A stretch of DNA of 64,000 nt from Eledone cirrhosa (taxonomy: Eukaryota). The position numbers and the translations under genes are program-made. Where the stretch lies: positions 38,750,001 to 38,814,000 of the forward strand of contig OZ024750.1 in assembly GCA_964016885.1 (NCBI GenBank), given 5' to 3'. The notes below the pieces were generated by a model that was given only the letters and a program-made list of their open reading frames with translations, ran no database searches and was not told the DNA's origin. Positions 14,601 through 28,934 of this stretch are shown one piece after another; positions within the stretch are counted from its first letter, which is position 1, and each line of letters opens with the position of its first letter.

Positions 14601-17209
14601 AATGTAGGTACAGGACAGTGTCTAGTAGTGTAGGTACAGGACAGTGTCTAGTAATGTAGGTACAGGACAGTGTCTAGTAGTGTAGGTACAGGACAGTGAC
14701 TAGTAATGTAGGTACAGGACAGTGTCTAGTAATGTAGGTACTTGACAGTGACTAGTAATGTAGGTACAGGACAGTGTCTAGTAATGTAGGTACATGACAG
14801 TGACTAGTAATGTAGGTACTGGACAGTGTCTAGTAGTGTAGGTACAGGACAGTGTCTAGTAATGTAGGTACAGGACAGTGTCTAGTAGTGTAGGTACAGG
14901 ACAGTGACTAGTAATGTAGGTACAGGACAGTGTCTAGTAATGTAGGTACTTGACAGTGACTAGTAATGTAGGTACAGGACAGTGTCTAGTAATGTAGGTA
15001 CTGGACAGTGTCTAGTAGTGTAGGTACAGGACAGTGTCTAGTAATGTAGGTACAGGACAGTGTCTAGTAGTGTAGGTACAGGACAGTGTCTAGTAATGTA
15101 GGTACTGGACAGTGTCTAGTAATGTAGGTACAGGACAGTGACTAGTAATGTAGGTACAGGATAGTGTCTAGTAATGTAGGTACAGGACAGTGACTAGTAA
15201 TGTAGGTACAGGACAGTGTCTAGTAATGTAGGTACTTGACAGTGACTAGTAATGTAGATACAGGACAGTGTCTAGTAATATAGGTACTGGACAGTGTATA
15301 GTAGTGTAGGTACAGGACAGTGTCTAGTAATGTAGGTACTGGACAGTGTCTAGTAATGTAGGTACAGGACAGTGTCTAGTAATGTAGGTACTGGACAGTG
15401 TCTAGTAATGTAGGTACTGGACAGTGTCTAGTAGTGTAGGTACAGGACAGTGACTAGTAATGTAGGTACAGGACAGTGTCTAGTAATATAGGTACTGGAC
15501 AGTGTCTAGTAGTGTAGGTACAGGACAGTGACTAGTAATGTAGGTACTTGACAGTGACTAGTAAGGTAGGTACAGGACAGTGTCTAGTAATGTAGGTACA
15601 GGACAGTGTCTAGTAATGTAGGTACAGGACAGTGACTAGTAGAGTACGTACAGGACAGTGACTAGTAGAGTACGTACAGGACAGTGTCTAGTAGTGTAGG
15701 TACAGGACAGTGTCTAGTAATGTAGGTACAGGACAGTGTCTAGTAGTGTAGGTAGAGGACAGTGACTAGTAATGTGGGTACAGGACAGTGTCTAGTAATG
15801 TAGGTACTTGACAGTGACTAGTAATGTAGGTACAGGACAGTGTCTTGTAATGTAGGTACAGGACAGTGTCTAGTAATGTAGGTATAGGACAGTGTCTAGT
15901 AGTGTAGGTACAGGACAGTGACTAGTAATGTAGGTACAGGACAGTGTCTAGTAATGTAGGTACTGGACAGTGTCTAGTAATGTAGGTACTGGACAGTGTC
16001 TAGTAGTGTAGGTACAGGACAGTGTCTAGTAATGTAGGTACTGGACAGTGTCTAGTAGTGTAGGTACAGGACAGTGTCTAGTAATGTAGGTACTGGACAG
16101 TGTCTAGTAATGTAGGTACAGGACAGTGTCTAGTAATGTAGGTACAGGACAGTGTCTGGTAGTGTAGGTACAGGACAGTGACTAGTAATGTAGGTACAGG
16201 ACAGTGTCTAGTAATGTAGGTACTTGACAGTGACTAGTAATGTAGGTACAGGACAGTGTCTAGTAGTGTAGGTACAGGACAGTGTCTAGTAATGTAGGTA
16301 CAGGACAGTGTCTAGTAATGTAGGTACAGGACAGTGACTAGTAATGTAGGTACAGGACAGTGTCTAGTAATGTGGGTACTTGACAGTGACTAGTAATGTA
16401 GGTACAGGACAGTGTCTAGTAATGTAGGTACTTCACAGTGACTAGTAATGTAGGTACAGGACAGTGTCTAGTAGTATAGGTACAGGACAGTGTCTAGTAA
16501 TGTAGGTACAGGACAGTGTCTAGTAGTGTAGGTACAGGACAGTGACTAGTAATGTAGGTACAGGACAGTGTCTAGTAATGTAGGTACTTGACAGTGACTA
16601 GTAATGTAGGTACAGGACAGTGTCTAGTAATCTAGGTACTGGACAGTGTCTAGTAGTGTAGGTACAGGACAGTGTCTAGTAATGTAGGTACTGGACAGTG
16701 TCTAGTAGTGTAGGTACAGGACAGTGACAAGTAATGTAGGTACAGGATAGTGTCTAGTAATGTAGGTACAGGACAGTGACTAGTAATGTAGGTACAGGAC
16801 AGTGTCTAGTAATGTAGGTACTTGACAGTGACTAGTAATGTAGGTACAGGACAGTGTCTAGTAATATAGGTACTGGACAGTGTCTAGTAGTGTAGGTACA
16901 GGACAGTGTCTAGTAATGTAGGTACTGGACAGTGTCTAGTAATGTAGGTACAGGACAGTGTCTAGTAATGTAGGTACTGGACAGTGTCTAGTAATGTAGG
17001 TACTGGACAGTGTCTAGTAGTGTAGGTACAGGACAGTGACTAGTAATGTAGGTACAGGACAGTGTCTAGTAATATAGGTACTGGACAGTGTCTACTAGTG
17101 TAGGTACAGGACAGTGTCTAGTAATGTAGGTACTAGACAGTGTCTAGTAATGTAGGTACAGGACAGTGTCTAGTAATGTAGGTACTGGACAGTGTCTAGT
17201 AATGTAGGT
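6136..17209. repeat. Near-perfect tandem duplication of 5511 bp (212 monomers - 1 bp): 6136-11646 and 11647-17157
   Basis: Doublets at 6448/11959, 7955/13466 and 10113/15624. Rare variants GTAATTAC, TAGATAC, GTGTATAG, TAAGGTAGG, TCTGGTA, TTCACAG, CTACTAG and ACTAGAC all recur at +5511. Confidence 0.93.
8450..9050. repeat. Local triplication of an 8-monomer (208-bp) unit, copied again at ~13960-14560
   Basis: The GACTAGTAATAT monomer occurs at 8579, 8787, 8995 and at 14090, 14298, 14506. Confidence 0.85.
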
Positions 17210-20200
17210 ACTGGACAGAGTCTAGTAGTGTAGGTACAGGACAGTGACTAGTAATGTAGGTACAGGACAGTGACTATTAATGTAGGTACAGGACAGTGTC
17301 TAGTAATGTAGGTACTTGACAGTGACTAGTAATGTAGGTACAGGACTGTGTCTAGAATGTAGGTACAGGACAGTGTCTAGTAATGTAGGTACAGGACAGT
17401 GTCTAGTAGTGTAGGTAGAGGACAGTGACTAGTAATGTAGGTACAGGACAGTGACTAGTAATGTAGGTACAGGACAGTGTCTAGTAATGTAGGTACTTGA
17501 CAGTGACTAGTAATGTAGGTACAGGACAGTGTCTAGTAATGTAGGTACTTGACAGTGACTAGTAATGTAGGTACAGGACAGTGTCTAGAATGTAGGTATA
17601 GGACAGTGTCTAGTAGTGTAGGTACAGGACAGTGTCTAGTAGTATAGGTACTGGACAGTGTCTAGTAATGTAGGTACAGGACAGTGTCTAGTAGTGTAGG
17701 TACAGGACAGTGACTAGTAATGTAGGTACAGGACAGTGTCTAGTAATGTAGGTACTGGACAGTGTCTAGTAATGTAGGTACTGGACAGTGTCTAGTAGTG
17801 TAGGTACAGGACAGTGTCTAGTAATGTAGGTACTGGACAGTGTCTAGTAGTGTAGGTACAGGACAGTGTCTAGTAGTGTAGGTACTGGACAGTGTCTAGT
17901 AATGTAGGTACAGGACAGTGTCTAGTAATGTAGGTACAGGACAGTGTCTAGTAGTGTAGGTACAGGACAGTGACTAGTAATATAGGTACAGGACAGTGTC
18001 TAGTAATGTAGGTACTTGACAGTGACTAGTAATGTAGGTACAGGACAGTGTCTAGTAGTGTAGGTACAGGACAGTGTCTAGTAATGTAGGTACAGGACAG
18101 TGTCTAGTAGTGTAGGTACAGGACAGTGTCTAGTAGTGTAGGTACAGGACAGTGACTAGTAATGTAGGTACAGGACAGTGTCTAGTAATGTAGGTACTTG
18201 ACAGTGACTAGTAATGTAGGTACAGGACAGTGTCTAGTAATGTAGGTACATGACAGTGACTAGTAATGTAGGTACTGGACAGTGTCTAGTAGTGTAGGTA
18301 CAGGACAGTGTCTAGTAATGTAGGTACAGGACAGTGTCTAGTAGTGTAGGTACAGGACAGTGACTAGTAATGTAGGTACAGGACAGTGTCTAGTAATGTA
18401 GGTACTTGACAGTGACTAGTAATGTAGGTACAGGACAGTGTCTAGTAATCTAGGTACTGGACAGTGTCTAGTAGTGTAGGTACAGGACAGTGTCTAGTAA
18501 TGTAGGTACTGGACAGTGTCTAGTAGTGTAGGTACAGGACAGTGTCTAGTAATGTAGGTACAGGACAGTGTCTAGTAGTGTAGGTACAGGACAGTGTCTA
18601 GTAATGTAGGTACTGGACAGTGTCTAGTAATGTAGGTACAGGACAGTGACTAGTAATGTAGGTACAGGATAGTGTCTAGTAATGTAGGTACAGGACAGTG
18701 ACTAGTAATGTAGGTACAGGACAGTGTCTAGTAATGTAGGTACTTGACAGTGACTAGTAATGTAGGTACAGGACAGTGTCTAGTAATATAGGTACTGGAC
18801 AGTGTCTAGTAGTGTAGGTACAGGACAGTGTCTAGTAATGTAGGTACTGGACAGTGTCTAGTAATGTAGGTACAGGACAGTGTCTAGTAATGTAGGTACT
18901 GGACAGTGTCTAGTAATGTAGGTACTGGACAGTGTCTAGTAGTGTAGGTACAGGACAGTGACTAGTAATGTAGGTACAGGACAGTGTCTAGTAATATAGG
19001 TACTGGACAGTGTCTAGTAGTGTAGGTACAGGACAGTGACTAGTAATGTAGATACTTGACAGTGACTAGTAATGTAGGTACAGGACAGTGTCTAGTAATG
19101 TAGGTACAGGACAGTGTCTAGTAATGTAGGTACAGGACAGTGACTAGTAGAGTACGTACAGGACAGTGACTAGTAGAGTACGTACAGGACAGTGTCTAGT
19201 AGTGTAGGTACAGGACAGTGTCTAGTAATGTAGGTACAGGACAGTGTCTAGTAGTGTAGGTAGAGGACAGTGACTAGTAATGTGGGTACAGGACAGTGTC
19301 TAGTAATGTAGGTACTTGACAGTGACTAGTAATGTAGGTACAGGACAGTGTCTTGTAATGTAGGTACAGGACAGTGTCTAGTAATGTAGGTATAGGACAG
19401 TGTCTAGTAGTGTAGGTACAGGACAGTGACTAGTAATGTAGGTACAGGACAGTGTCTAGTAATGTAGGTACTGGACAGTGTCTAGTAATGTAGGTACTGG
19501 ACAGTGTCTAGTAGTGTAGGTACAGGACAGTGTCTAGTAATGTAGGTACTGGACAGTGTCTAGTAGTGTAGGTACAGGACAGTGTCTAGTGATGTAGGTA
19601 CTGGACAGTGTCTAGTAATGTAGGTACAGGACAGTGTCTAGTAATGTAGGTACAGGACAGTGTCTAGTAGTGTAGGTACAGGACAGTGACTAGTAATGTA
19701 GGTACAGGACAGTGTCTAGTAATGTAGGTACTTCACAGTGACTAGTAATGTAGGTACAGGACAGTGTCTAGTAGTGTAGGTACAGGACAGTGTCTAGTAA
19801 TGTAGGTACAGGACAGTGTCTAGTAATGTAGGTACAGGACAGTGACTAGTAATGTAGGTACAGGACAGTGACTAGTAATGTAGGTACAGGACAGTGTCTA
19901 GTAATGTAGGTACTTGACAGTGACTAGTAATGTAGGTACAGGACAGTGTCTAGTAATATAGGTACTGGACAGTGTCTAGTAGTGTAGGTACAGGACAGTG
20001 TCTAGTAATGTAGGTACTGGACAGTGTCTAGTAGTGTAGGTACAGGACAGTGACTAGTAATGTAGGTACAGGATAGTGTCTAGTAATGTAGGTACAGGAC
20101 AGTGACTAGTAATGTAGGTACAGGACAGTGTCTAGTAATGTAGGTACTTGACAGTGACTAGTAATGTAGGTACAGGACAGTGTCTAGTAATATAGGTACT

Positions 20201-22099
20201 GGACAGTGTCTAGTAGTGTAGGTACAGGACAGTGTCTAGTAATGTAGGTACTGGACAGTGTCTCGTAATGTAGGTACAGGACAGTGTCTAGTAATGTAGG
20301 TACTGGACAGTGTCTAGTAATGTAGGTACTGGACAGTGTCTAGTAGTGTAGGTACAGGACAGTGACTAGTAATGTAGGTGCAGGACAGTGTCTAGTAATA
20401 TAGGTACTGGACAGTGTCTACTAGTGTAGGTACAGGACAGTGTCTAGTAATGTAGGTACTAGACAGTGTCTAGTAATGTAGGTACAGGACAGTGTCTAGT
20501 AATGTAGGTACTGGACAGTGTCTAGTAATGTAGGTACTGGACAGAGTCTAGTAGTGTAGGTACAGGACAGTGACTAGTAATGTAGGTACGGGACAGTGAC
20601 TAGTAATGCAGGTACAGGACAGTGTCTAGAATGTAGGTACAGGACAGTGTCTAGTAGTGTAGGTAGAGGACAGTGACTAGTAATGTAGGTACAGGACAGT
20701 GACTAGTAATGTAGGTACAGGACAGTGTCTAGTAATGTAGGTACTTGACAGTGACTAGTAATGTAGGTACAGGACAGTGTCTAGTAATGTAGGTACTTGA
20801 CAGTGACTAGTAATGTAGGTACAGGACAGTGTCTAGAATGTAGGTACAGGAAAGTGTCTAGTAATGTAGGTACTTGACAGTGACTAGTAATGTAGGTACT
20901 TGACAGTGACTAGTAATGTAGGTACTTGACAGTGACTAGTAATGTAGGTACAGGACAGTGTCTAGTAATGTAGGTACTTGACAGTGACTAGTAATGTAGG
21001 TACAGGACAGTGTCTAGTAGTGTAGGTAGAGGACAGTGACTAGTAATGTAGGTACAGGACAGTGTCTAGTAGTGTAGGTACAGGACAGTGACTAGTAATG
21101 TAGGTACAGGACAGTGTCTAGTAATGTAGGTACTGGACAGTGTCTAGTAATGTAGGTACAGGACAGTGTCTAGTAATGTAGGTCCAGGATAGTGACTAGT
21201 AATGTAGGTACAGGACAGTGTCTAGTAATGTAGGTACTTGACAGTGACTAGTAGTGTAGGTACAGGACAGTGACTAGTAATGTAGGTACTTGACAGTGAC
21301 TAGTAATGTAGGTACAGGACAGTGTCTAGTAGTGTAGGTACTGGACAGTGTCTAGTAGTGTAGGTACTGGACAGTGTCTAGTAATGTAGGTACAGGACAG
21401 TGACTAGTAATGTAGGTACAGCACAGTGTCTAGTAGTGTAGGTTCAGGACAGTGTCTAGTAATGTAGGTACTGGACAGTGTCTAGTAATGTAGGGACTGG
21501 ACAGTGACTAGTAGTGTAGGTACAGGACAGTGTCTAGTAGTGTAGGTACTTGACAGTGACTAGTAATGTAGGTCCAGGATAGTGACTAGTAATGTAGGTA
21601 CAGCACAGTGACTAGTAGTGTAGGTACTGGACAGTGTCTAGTAATGTAAGTACAGGACAGTGACTAGTAATGTAGGTACAGGACAGTGTCTAGTAATGTA
21701 GGTACTTGACAGTGACTAGTAGTGTAGGTACAGGACAGTGACTAGTAATGTAGGTACAGGACAGTGTCTAGTAGTGTAGGTACAGGACAGTGTATAGTAA
21801 TGTAGGTATAGGACAGTGTCTAGTAGTGTAGGTACAGGACAGTGTCTAGTAGTGTAGGTACAGGACAGTGTCTAGTAATGTAGGTACAGGACAGTGTCTT
21901 GTAATGTAGGTACAGGACAGTGTCTAGTAATGTAGGTACAGGACATTGTCTAGTAATGTAGGTATAGGACAGTGTCTAGTAGTGTAGGTACAGGACAGTG
22001 TCTAGTAATGTAGGTACTGGACAGTGTTTAGTAGTGTAGGTACAGGACAGTGACTAGTAATGTAGGTACAGGACAGTGTATAGTAATGTAGGTACAGCA

Positions 22100-25000
22100 C
22101 AGTGTCTAGTAATGTAGGTACAGGACAGTGACTAGTAATGTAGCTACTGGACAGTGTCTAGTAATGTAGGTACTGGACAGTGTCTAGTAGTGTAGGTACA
22201 GGACAGTGTCTAGTAATGTAGGTACTTCACAGTGACTAGTAATGTAGGTACAGGACAGTGTCTAGTAATGTAGGTACTGGACTGTGTCTAGTAGTGTAGG
22301 TACAGGACAGTGTCTAGTAATGTAGGTACTGGACAGTGACTAGTAATGTAGGTACAGGACAGTGACTAGTAATGTAGCTACTGGACAGTGTCTAGTAATG
22401 TAGGGACTGGACAGTGACTAGTAATGTAGGTACAGGACAGTGTCTAGTAATGTAGGTACTGGACTGTGTCTAGTAGTGTAGGTACAGGACAGTGACTAGT
22501 AATGTAGGGACTGGACAGTGTCTAGTAATGTAGGTACAGGACAGTGACAATAATGTAGCTACTGGACAGTGTCTAGTAATGTAGGGACTGGACAGTGACT
22601 AGTAATGTAGGTACAGCACAGTGTCTAGTAGTGTAGGTACAGGACAGTGACTAGTAATGTAGGTACAGGACAGTGTCTAGTAGTGTAGGTACAGGACAGT
22701 GACTAGTAATGTAGGTACTGGACAGTGTCTAGTAATGTAGGTACTGGACAGTGTCTAGTAGTGTAGGTACAGGATAATGTCTAGTAATGTAGGTACTGGA
22801 CAGTGTCTAGTAGTGTAGGTACAGGACAGTGTCTAGTAATGTAGCTACTGGACAGTGTCTAGTAATGTAGGTACTGGACAGTGTCTAGTAGTGTAGGTAC
22901 AGGACAGTGTCTAGTAATGTAGGTACTGGACAGTGTCTAGTAGTGTAGGTACAGGACTGTGTCTAGTAATGTAGGTACAGGACAGTGTCTAGTAATGTAG
23001 GTACAGGACAGTGTCTAGTAATGTAGCTACTGGACAGTGTCTAGTAATGTATGTACTGGACAGTGTCTAGTAGTGTAGGTACAGGATAATGTCTAGTAAT
23101 GTAGGTACTGGACAGTGTCTAGTAGTGTAGGTACAGGACAGTGTCTAGTAATGTAGGTACTGGACAGTGTCTAGTAGTGTAGGTACAGGACTGTGTCTAG
23201 TAATGTAGGTACAGGACAGTGTCTAGTAATGTAGGTACTTGACAGTGACTAGTAATGTAGCTACTGGACAGTGTCTAGTAATGTAGGTACTGGACAGTGT
23301 CTAGTAGTGTAGGTACAGGATAATGTCTAGTAATGTAGGTACTGGACAGTGTCTAGTAGTGTAGGTACAGGACAGTGTCTAGTAATGTAGCTACTGGACA
23401 GTGTCTAGTAATGTAGGTACTGGACAGTGACTAGTAATGTAGGTACAGGACAGTGTCTAGAATGTAGGTACAGGACAGTGTCTAGTAGTGTAGGTACAGG
23501 ACTGTGTCTAGTAATGTAGGTACAGGACAGTGTCTAGTAATGTAGGTACAGGACAGTGTCTAGTAATGTAGCTACTGGACAGTGTCTAGTAATGTAGGTA
23601 CTGGACAGTGTCTAGTAGTGTAGGTACAGGATAATGTCTAGTAATGTAGGTACTGGACAGTGTCTAGTAGTGTAGGTACAGGACAGTGTCTAGTAATGTA
23701 GGTACTGGACAGTGTCTAGTAGTGTAGGTACAGGACTGTGTCTAGTAATGTAGGTACAGGACAGTGTCTAGTAATGTAGGTACTTGACAGTGACTAGTAA
23801 TGTAGGTACAGGACAGTGTCTAGTAATATAGGTACTGGACAGTGTCTAGTAGTGTAGGTACAGGACAGTGACTAGTAATGTAGGTACTTGACAGTGACTA
23901 GTAATGTAGGTACAGGACAGTGTCTAGTAATGTAGGTACAGGACAGTGTCTAGTAATGTAGGTACAGGACAGTGACTAGTAGAGTACGTACAGGACAGTG
24001 ACTAGTAGAGTACGTACAGGACAGTGTCTAGTAGTGTAGGTACAGGACAGTGTCTAGTAATGTAGGTACAGGACAGTGTCTAGTAGTGTAGGTAGAGGAC
24101 AGTGACTAGTAATCTGGGTACAGGACAGTGTCTAGTAATGTAGGTACTTGACAGTGACTAGTAATGTAGGTACAGGACAGTGTCTAGTAATGTAGGTATA
24201 GGACAGTGTCTAGTAGTGTAGGTACAGGACAGTGACTAGTAATGTAGGTACAGGACAGTGTCTAGTAATGTAGGTACTGGACAATGTCTAGTAATGTAGG
24301 TACTGGACAGTGTCTAGTAGTGTAGGTACAGGACAGTGTCTAGTAATGTAGGTACTGGACAGTGTCTAGTAGTGAGGTACAGGACAGTGTCTAGTAATGT
24401 AGGTACTGGACAGTGTCTAGTAATGTAGGTACAGGACAGTGTCTAGTAATGTAGGTACAGGACAGTGTCTAGTAGTGTAGGTACAGGACAGTGACTAGTA
24501 ATGTAGGTACAGGACAGTGTCTAGTAATGTAGGTACTTCACAGTGACTAGTAATGTAGGTACAGGACAGTGCCTAGTAGTATAGGTACAGGACAGTGTCT
24601 AGTAATGTAGGTACAGGACAGTGTCTAGTAATGTAGGTACAGGACAGTGACTAGTAAGGTAGGTACAGGACAGTGACTAGTAATGTAGGTACAGGACAGT
24701 GTCTAGTAATGTAGGTACTTGACAGTGACTAGTAATGTAGGTACAGGACAGTGTCTAGTAATCTAGGTACTGGACAGTGTCTAGTAGTGTAGGTACAGGA
24801 CAGTGTCTAGTAATGTAGGTACTGGACAGTGTCTAGTAGTGTAGGTACAGGACAGTGACTAGTAATGTAGGTACAGGATAGTGTCTAGTAATGTAGGTAC
24901 AGGACAGTGACTAGTAATGTAGGTACAGGACAGTGTCTAGTAATGTAGGTACTTGACAGTGACTAGTAATGTAGGTACAGGACAGTGTCGAGTAATATAG

Positions 25001-28000
25001 GTACTGGGCAGTGTCTAGTAGTGTAGGTACAGGACAGTGTCTAGTAATGTAGGTACTGGACAGTGTCTAGTAATGTAGGTACAGGACAGTGTCTAGTAAT
25101 GTAGGTACTGGACAGTGTCTAGTAATGTAGGTACTGGACAGTGTCTAGTAGTGTAGGTACAGGACAGTGACTAGTAATGTAGGTGCAGGACAGTGTCTAG
25201 TAATATAGGTACTGGACAGTGTCTACTAGTGTAGGTACAGGACAGTGTCTAGTAATGTAGGTACTAGACAGTGTCTAGTAATGTAGGTACAGGACAGTGT
25301 CTAGTAATGTAGGTACTGGACAGTGTCTAGTAATGTAGGTACTGGACAGAGTCTAGTAGTGTAGGTACAGGACAGTGACTAGTAATGTAGGTACGGGACA
25401 GTGACTAGTAATGTAGGTACAGGACAGTGTCTAGTAATGTAGGTACTTGACAGTGACTAGTAATGTAGGTACAGGACAGTGTCTAGAATGTAGGTACAGG
25501 ACAGTGTCTAGTAATGTAGGTACAGGACAGTGACTAGTAATGTAGCTACTGGACAGTGTCTAGTAATGTAGGTACTGGACAGTGTCTAGTAGTGTAGGTA
25601 CAGGACAGTGTCTAGTAATGTAGGTACTTCACAGTGACTAGTAATGTAGGTACAGGACAGTGTCTAGTAATGTAGGTACTGGACTGTGTCTAGTAGTGTA
25701 GGTACAGGACAGTGTCTAGTAATGTAGGTACTGGACAGTGACTAGTAATGTAGGTACAGGACAGTGACTAGTAATGTAGCTACTGGACAGTGTCTAGTAA
25801 TGTAGGGACTGGACAGTGACTAGTAATGTAGGTACAGGACAGTGTCTAGTAATGTAGGTACTGGACTGTGTCTAGTAGTGTAGGTACAGGACAGTGACTA
25901 GTAATGTAGGGACTGGACAGTGTCTAGTAATGTAGGTACAGGACAGTGACAATAATGTAGCTACTGGACAGTGTCTAGTAATGTAGGGACTGGACAGTGA
26001 CTAGTAATGTAGGTACAGCACAGTGTCTAGTAGTGTAGGTACAGGACAGTGACTAGTAATGTAGGTACAGGACAGTGTCTAGTAGTGTAGGTACAGGACA
26101 GTGACTAGTAATGTAGGTACTGGACAGTGTCTAGTAATGTAGGTACTGGACAGTGTCTAGTAGTGTAGGTACAGGATAATGTCTAGTAATGTAGGTACTG
26201 GACAGTGTCTAGTAGTGTAGGTACAGGACAGTGTCTAGTAATGTAGCTACTGGACAGTGTCTAGTAATGTAGGTACTGGACAGTGTCTAGTAGTGTAGGT
26301 ACAGGACAGTGTCTAGTAATGTAGGTACTGGACAGTGTCTAGTAGTGTAGGTACAGGACTGTGTCTAGTAATGTAGGTACAGGACAGTGTCTAGTAATGT
26401 AGGTACAGGACAGTGTCTAGTAATGTAGCTACTGGACAGTGTCTAGTAATGTATGTACTGGACAGTGTCTAGTAGTGTAGGTACAGGATAATGTCTAGTA
26501 ATGTAGGTACTGGACAGTGTCTAGTAGTGTAGGTACAGGACAGTGTCTAGTAATGTAGGTACTGGACAGTGTCTAGTAGTGTAGGTACAGGACTGTGTCT
26601 AGTAATGTAGGTACAGGACAGTGTCTAGTAATGTAGGTACTTGACAGTGACTAGTAATGTAGCTACTGGACAGTGTCTAGTAATGTAGGTACTGGACAGT
26701 GTCTAGTAGTGTAGGTACAGGATAATGTCTAGTAATGTAGGTACTGGACAGTGTCTAGTAGTGTAGGTACAGGACAGTGTCTAGTAATGTAGCTACTGGA
26801 CAGTGTCTAGTAATGTAGGTACTGGACAGTGACTAGTAATGTAGGTACAGGACAGTGTCTAGAATGTAGGTACAGGACAGTGTCTAGTAGTGTAGGTACA
26901 GGACTGTGTCTAGTAATGTAGGTACAGGACAGTGTCTAGTAATGTAGGTACAGGACAGTGTCTAGTAATGTAGCTACTGGACAGTGTCTAGTAATGTAGG
27001 TACTGGACAGTGTCTAGTAGTGTAGGTACAGGATAATGTCTAGTAATGTAGGTACTGGACAGTGTCTAGTAGTGTAGGTACAGGACAGTGTCTAGTAATG
27101 TAGGTACTGGACAGTGTCTAGTAGTGTAGGTACAGGACTGTGTCTAGTAATGTAGGTACAGGACAGTGTCTAGTAATGTAGGTACTTGACAGTGACTAGT
27201 AATGTAGGTACAGGACAGTGTCTAGTAATATAGGTACTGGACAGTGTCTAGTAGTGTAGGTACAGGACAGTGACTAGTAATGTAGGTACTTGACAGTGAC
27301 TAGTAATGTAGGTACAGGACAGTGTCTAGTAATGTAGGTACAGGACAGTGTCTAGTAATGTAGGTACAGGACAGTGACTAGTAGAGTACGTACAGGACAG
27401 TGACTAGTAGAGTACGTACAGGACAGTGTCTAGTAGTGTAGGTACAGGACAGTGTCTAGTAATGTAGGTACAGGACAGTGTCTAGTAGTGTAGGTAGAGG
27501 ACAGTGACTAGTAATCTGGGTACAGGACAGTGTCTAGTAATGTAGGTACTTGACAGTGACTAGTAATGTAGGTACAGGACAGTGTCTAGTAATGTAGGTA
27601 TAGGACAGTGTCTAGTAGTGTAGGTACAGGACAGTGACTAGTAATGTAGGTACAGGACAGTGTCTAGTAATGTAGGTACTGGACAATGTCTAGTAATGTA
27701 GGTACTGGACAGTGTCTAGTAGTGTAGGTACAGGACAGTGTCTAGTAATGTAGGTACTGGACAGTGTCTAGTAGTGAGGTACAGGACAGTGTCTAGTAAT
27801 GTAGGTACTGGACAGTGTCTAGTAATGTAGGTACAGGACAGTGTCTAGTAATGTAGGTACAGGACAGTGTCTAGTAGTGTAGGTACAGGACAGTGACTAG
27901 TAATGTAGGTACAGGACAGTGTCTAGTAATGTAGGTACTTCACAGTGACTAGTAATGTAGGTACAGGACAGTGCCTAGTAGTATAGGTACAGGACAGTGT

Positions 28001-28934
28001 CTAGTAATGTAGGTACAGGACAGTGTCTAGTAATGTAGGTACAGGACAGTGACTAGTAAGGTAGGTACAGGACAGTGACTAGTAATGTAGGTACAGGACA
28101 GTGTCTAGTAATGTAGGTACTTGACAGTGACTAGTAATGTAGGTACAGGACAGTGTCTAGTAATCTAGGTACTGGACAGTGTCTAGTAGTGTAGGTACAG
28201 GACAGTGTCTAGTAATGTAGGTACTGGACAGTGTCTAGTAGTGTAGGTACAGGACAGTGACTAGTAATGTAGGTACAGGATAGTGTCTAGTAATGTAGGT
28301 ACAGGACAGTGACTAGTAATGTAGGTACAGGACAGTGTCTAGTAATGTAGGTACTTGACAGTGACTAGTAATGTAGGTACAGGACAGTGTCGAGTAATAT
28401 AGGTACTGGGCAGTGTCTAGTAGTGTAGGTACAGGACAGTGTCTAGTAATGTAGGTACTGGACAGTGTCTAGTAATGTAGGTACAGGACAGTGTCTAGTA
28501 ATGTAGGTACTGGACAGTGTCTAGTAATGTAGGTACTGGACAGTGTCTAGTAGTGTAGGTACAGGACAGTGACTAGTAATGTAGGTGCAGGACAGTGTCT
28601 AGTAATATAGGTACTGGACAGTGTCTACTAGTGTAGGTACAGGACAGTGTCTAGTAATGTAGGTACTAGACAGTGTCTAGTAATGTAGGTACAGGACAGT
28701 GTCTAGTAATGTAGGTACTGGACAGTGTCTAGTAATGTAGGTACTGGACAGAGTCTAGTAGTGTAGGTACAGGACAGTGACTAGTAATGTAGGTACGGGA
28801 CAGTGACTAGTAATGTAGGTACAGGACAGTGTCTAGTAATGTAGGTACTTGACAGTGACTAGTAATGTAGGTACAGGACAGTGTCTAGAATGTAGGTACA
28901 GGACAGTGTCTAGTAATGTAGGTACAGGACAGTG
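22100..28934. repeat. Near-perfect tandem duplication of 3402 bp (131 monomers - 4 bp): ~22100-25501 and ~25502-28903
   Basis: ACAGTGACAATAAT at 22541/25943 and the doublet at 23964/27366. AATCTGGG, AGTGAGGT, GCCTAG, GTCGAG, ACTGGGC, GGTGCAGG and ACGGGAC also recur at +3402. Four 1-bp deletions per copy account for the -4. Confidence 0.93.
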
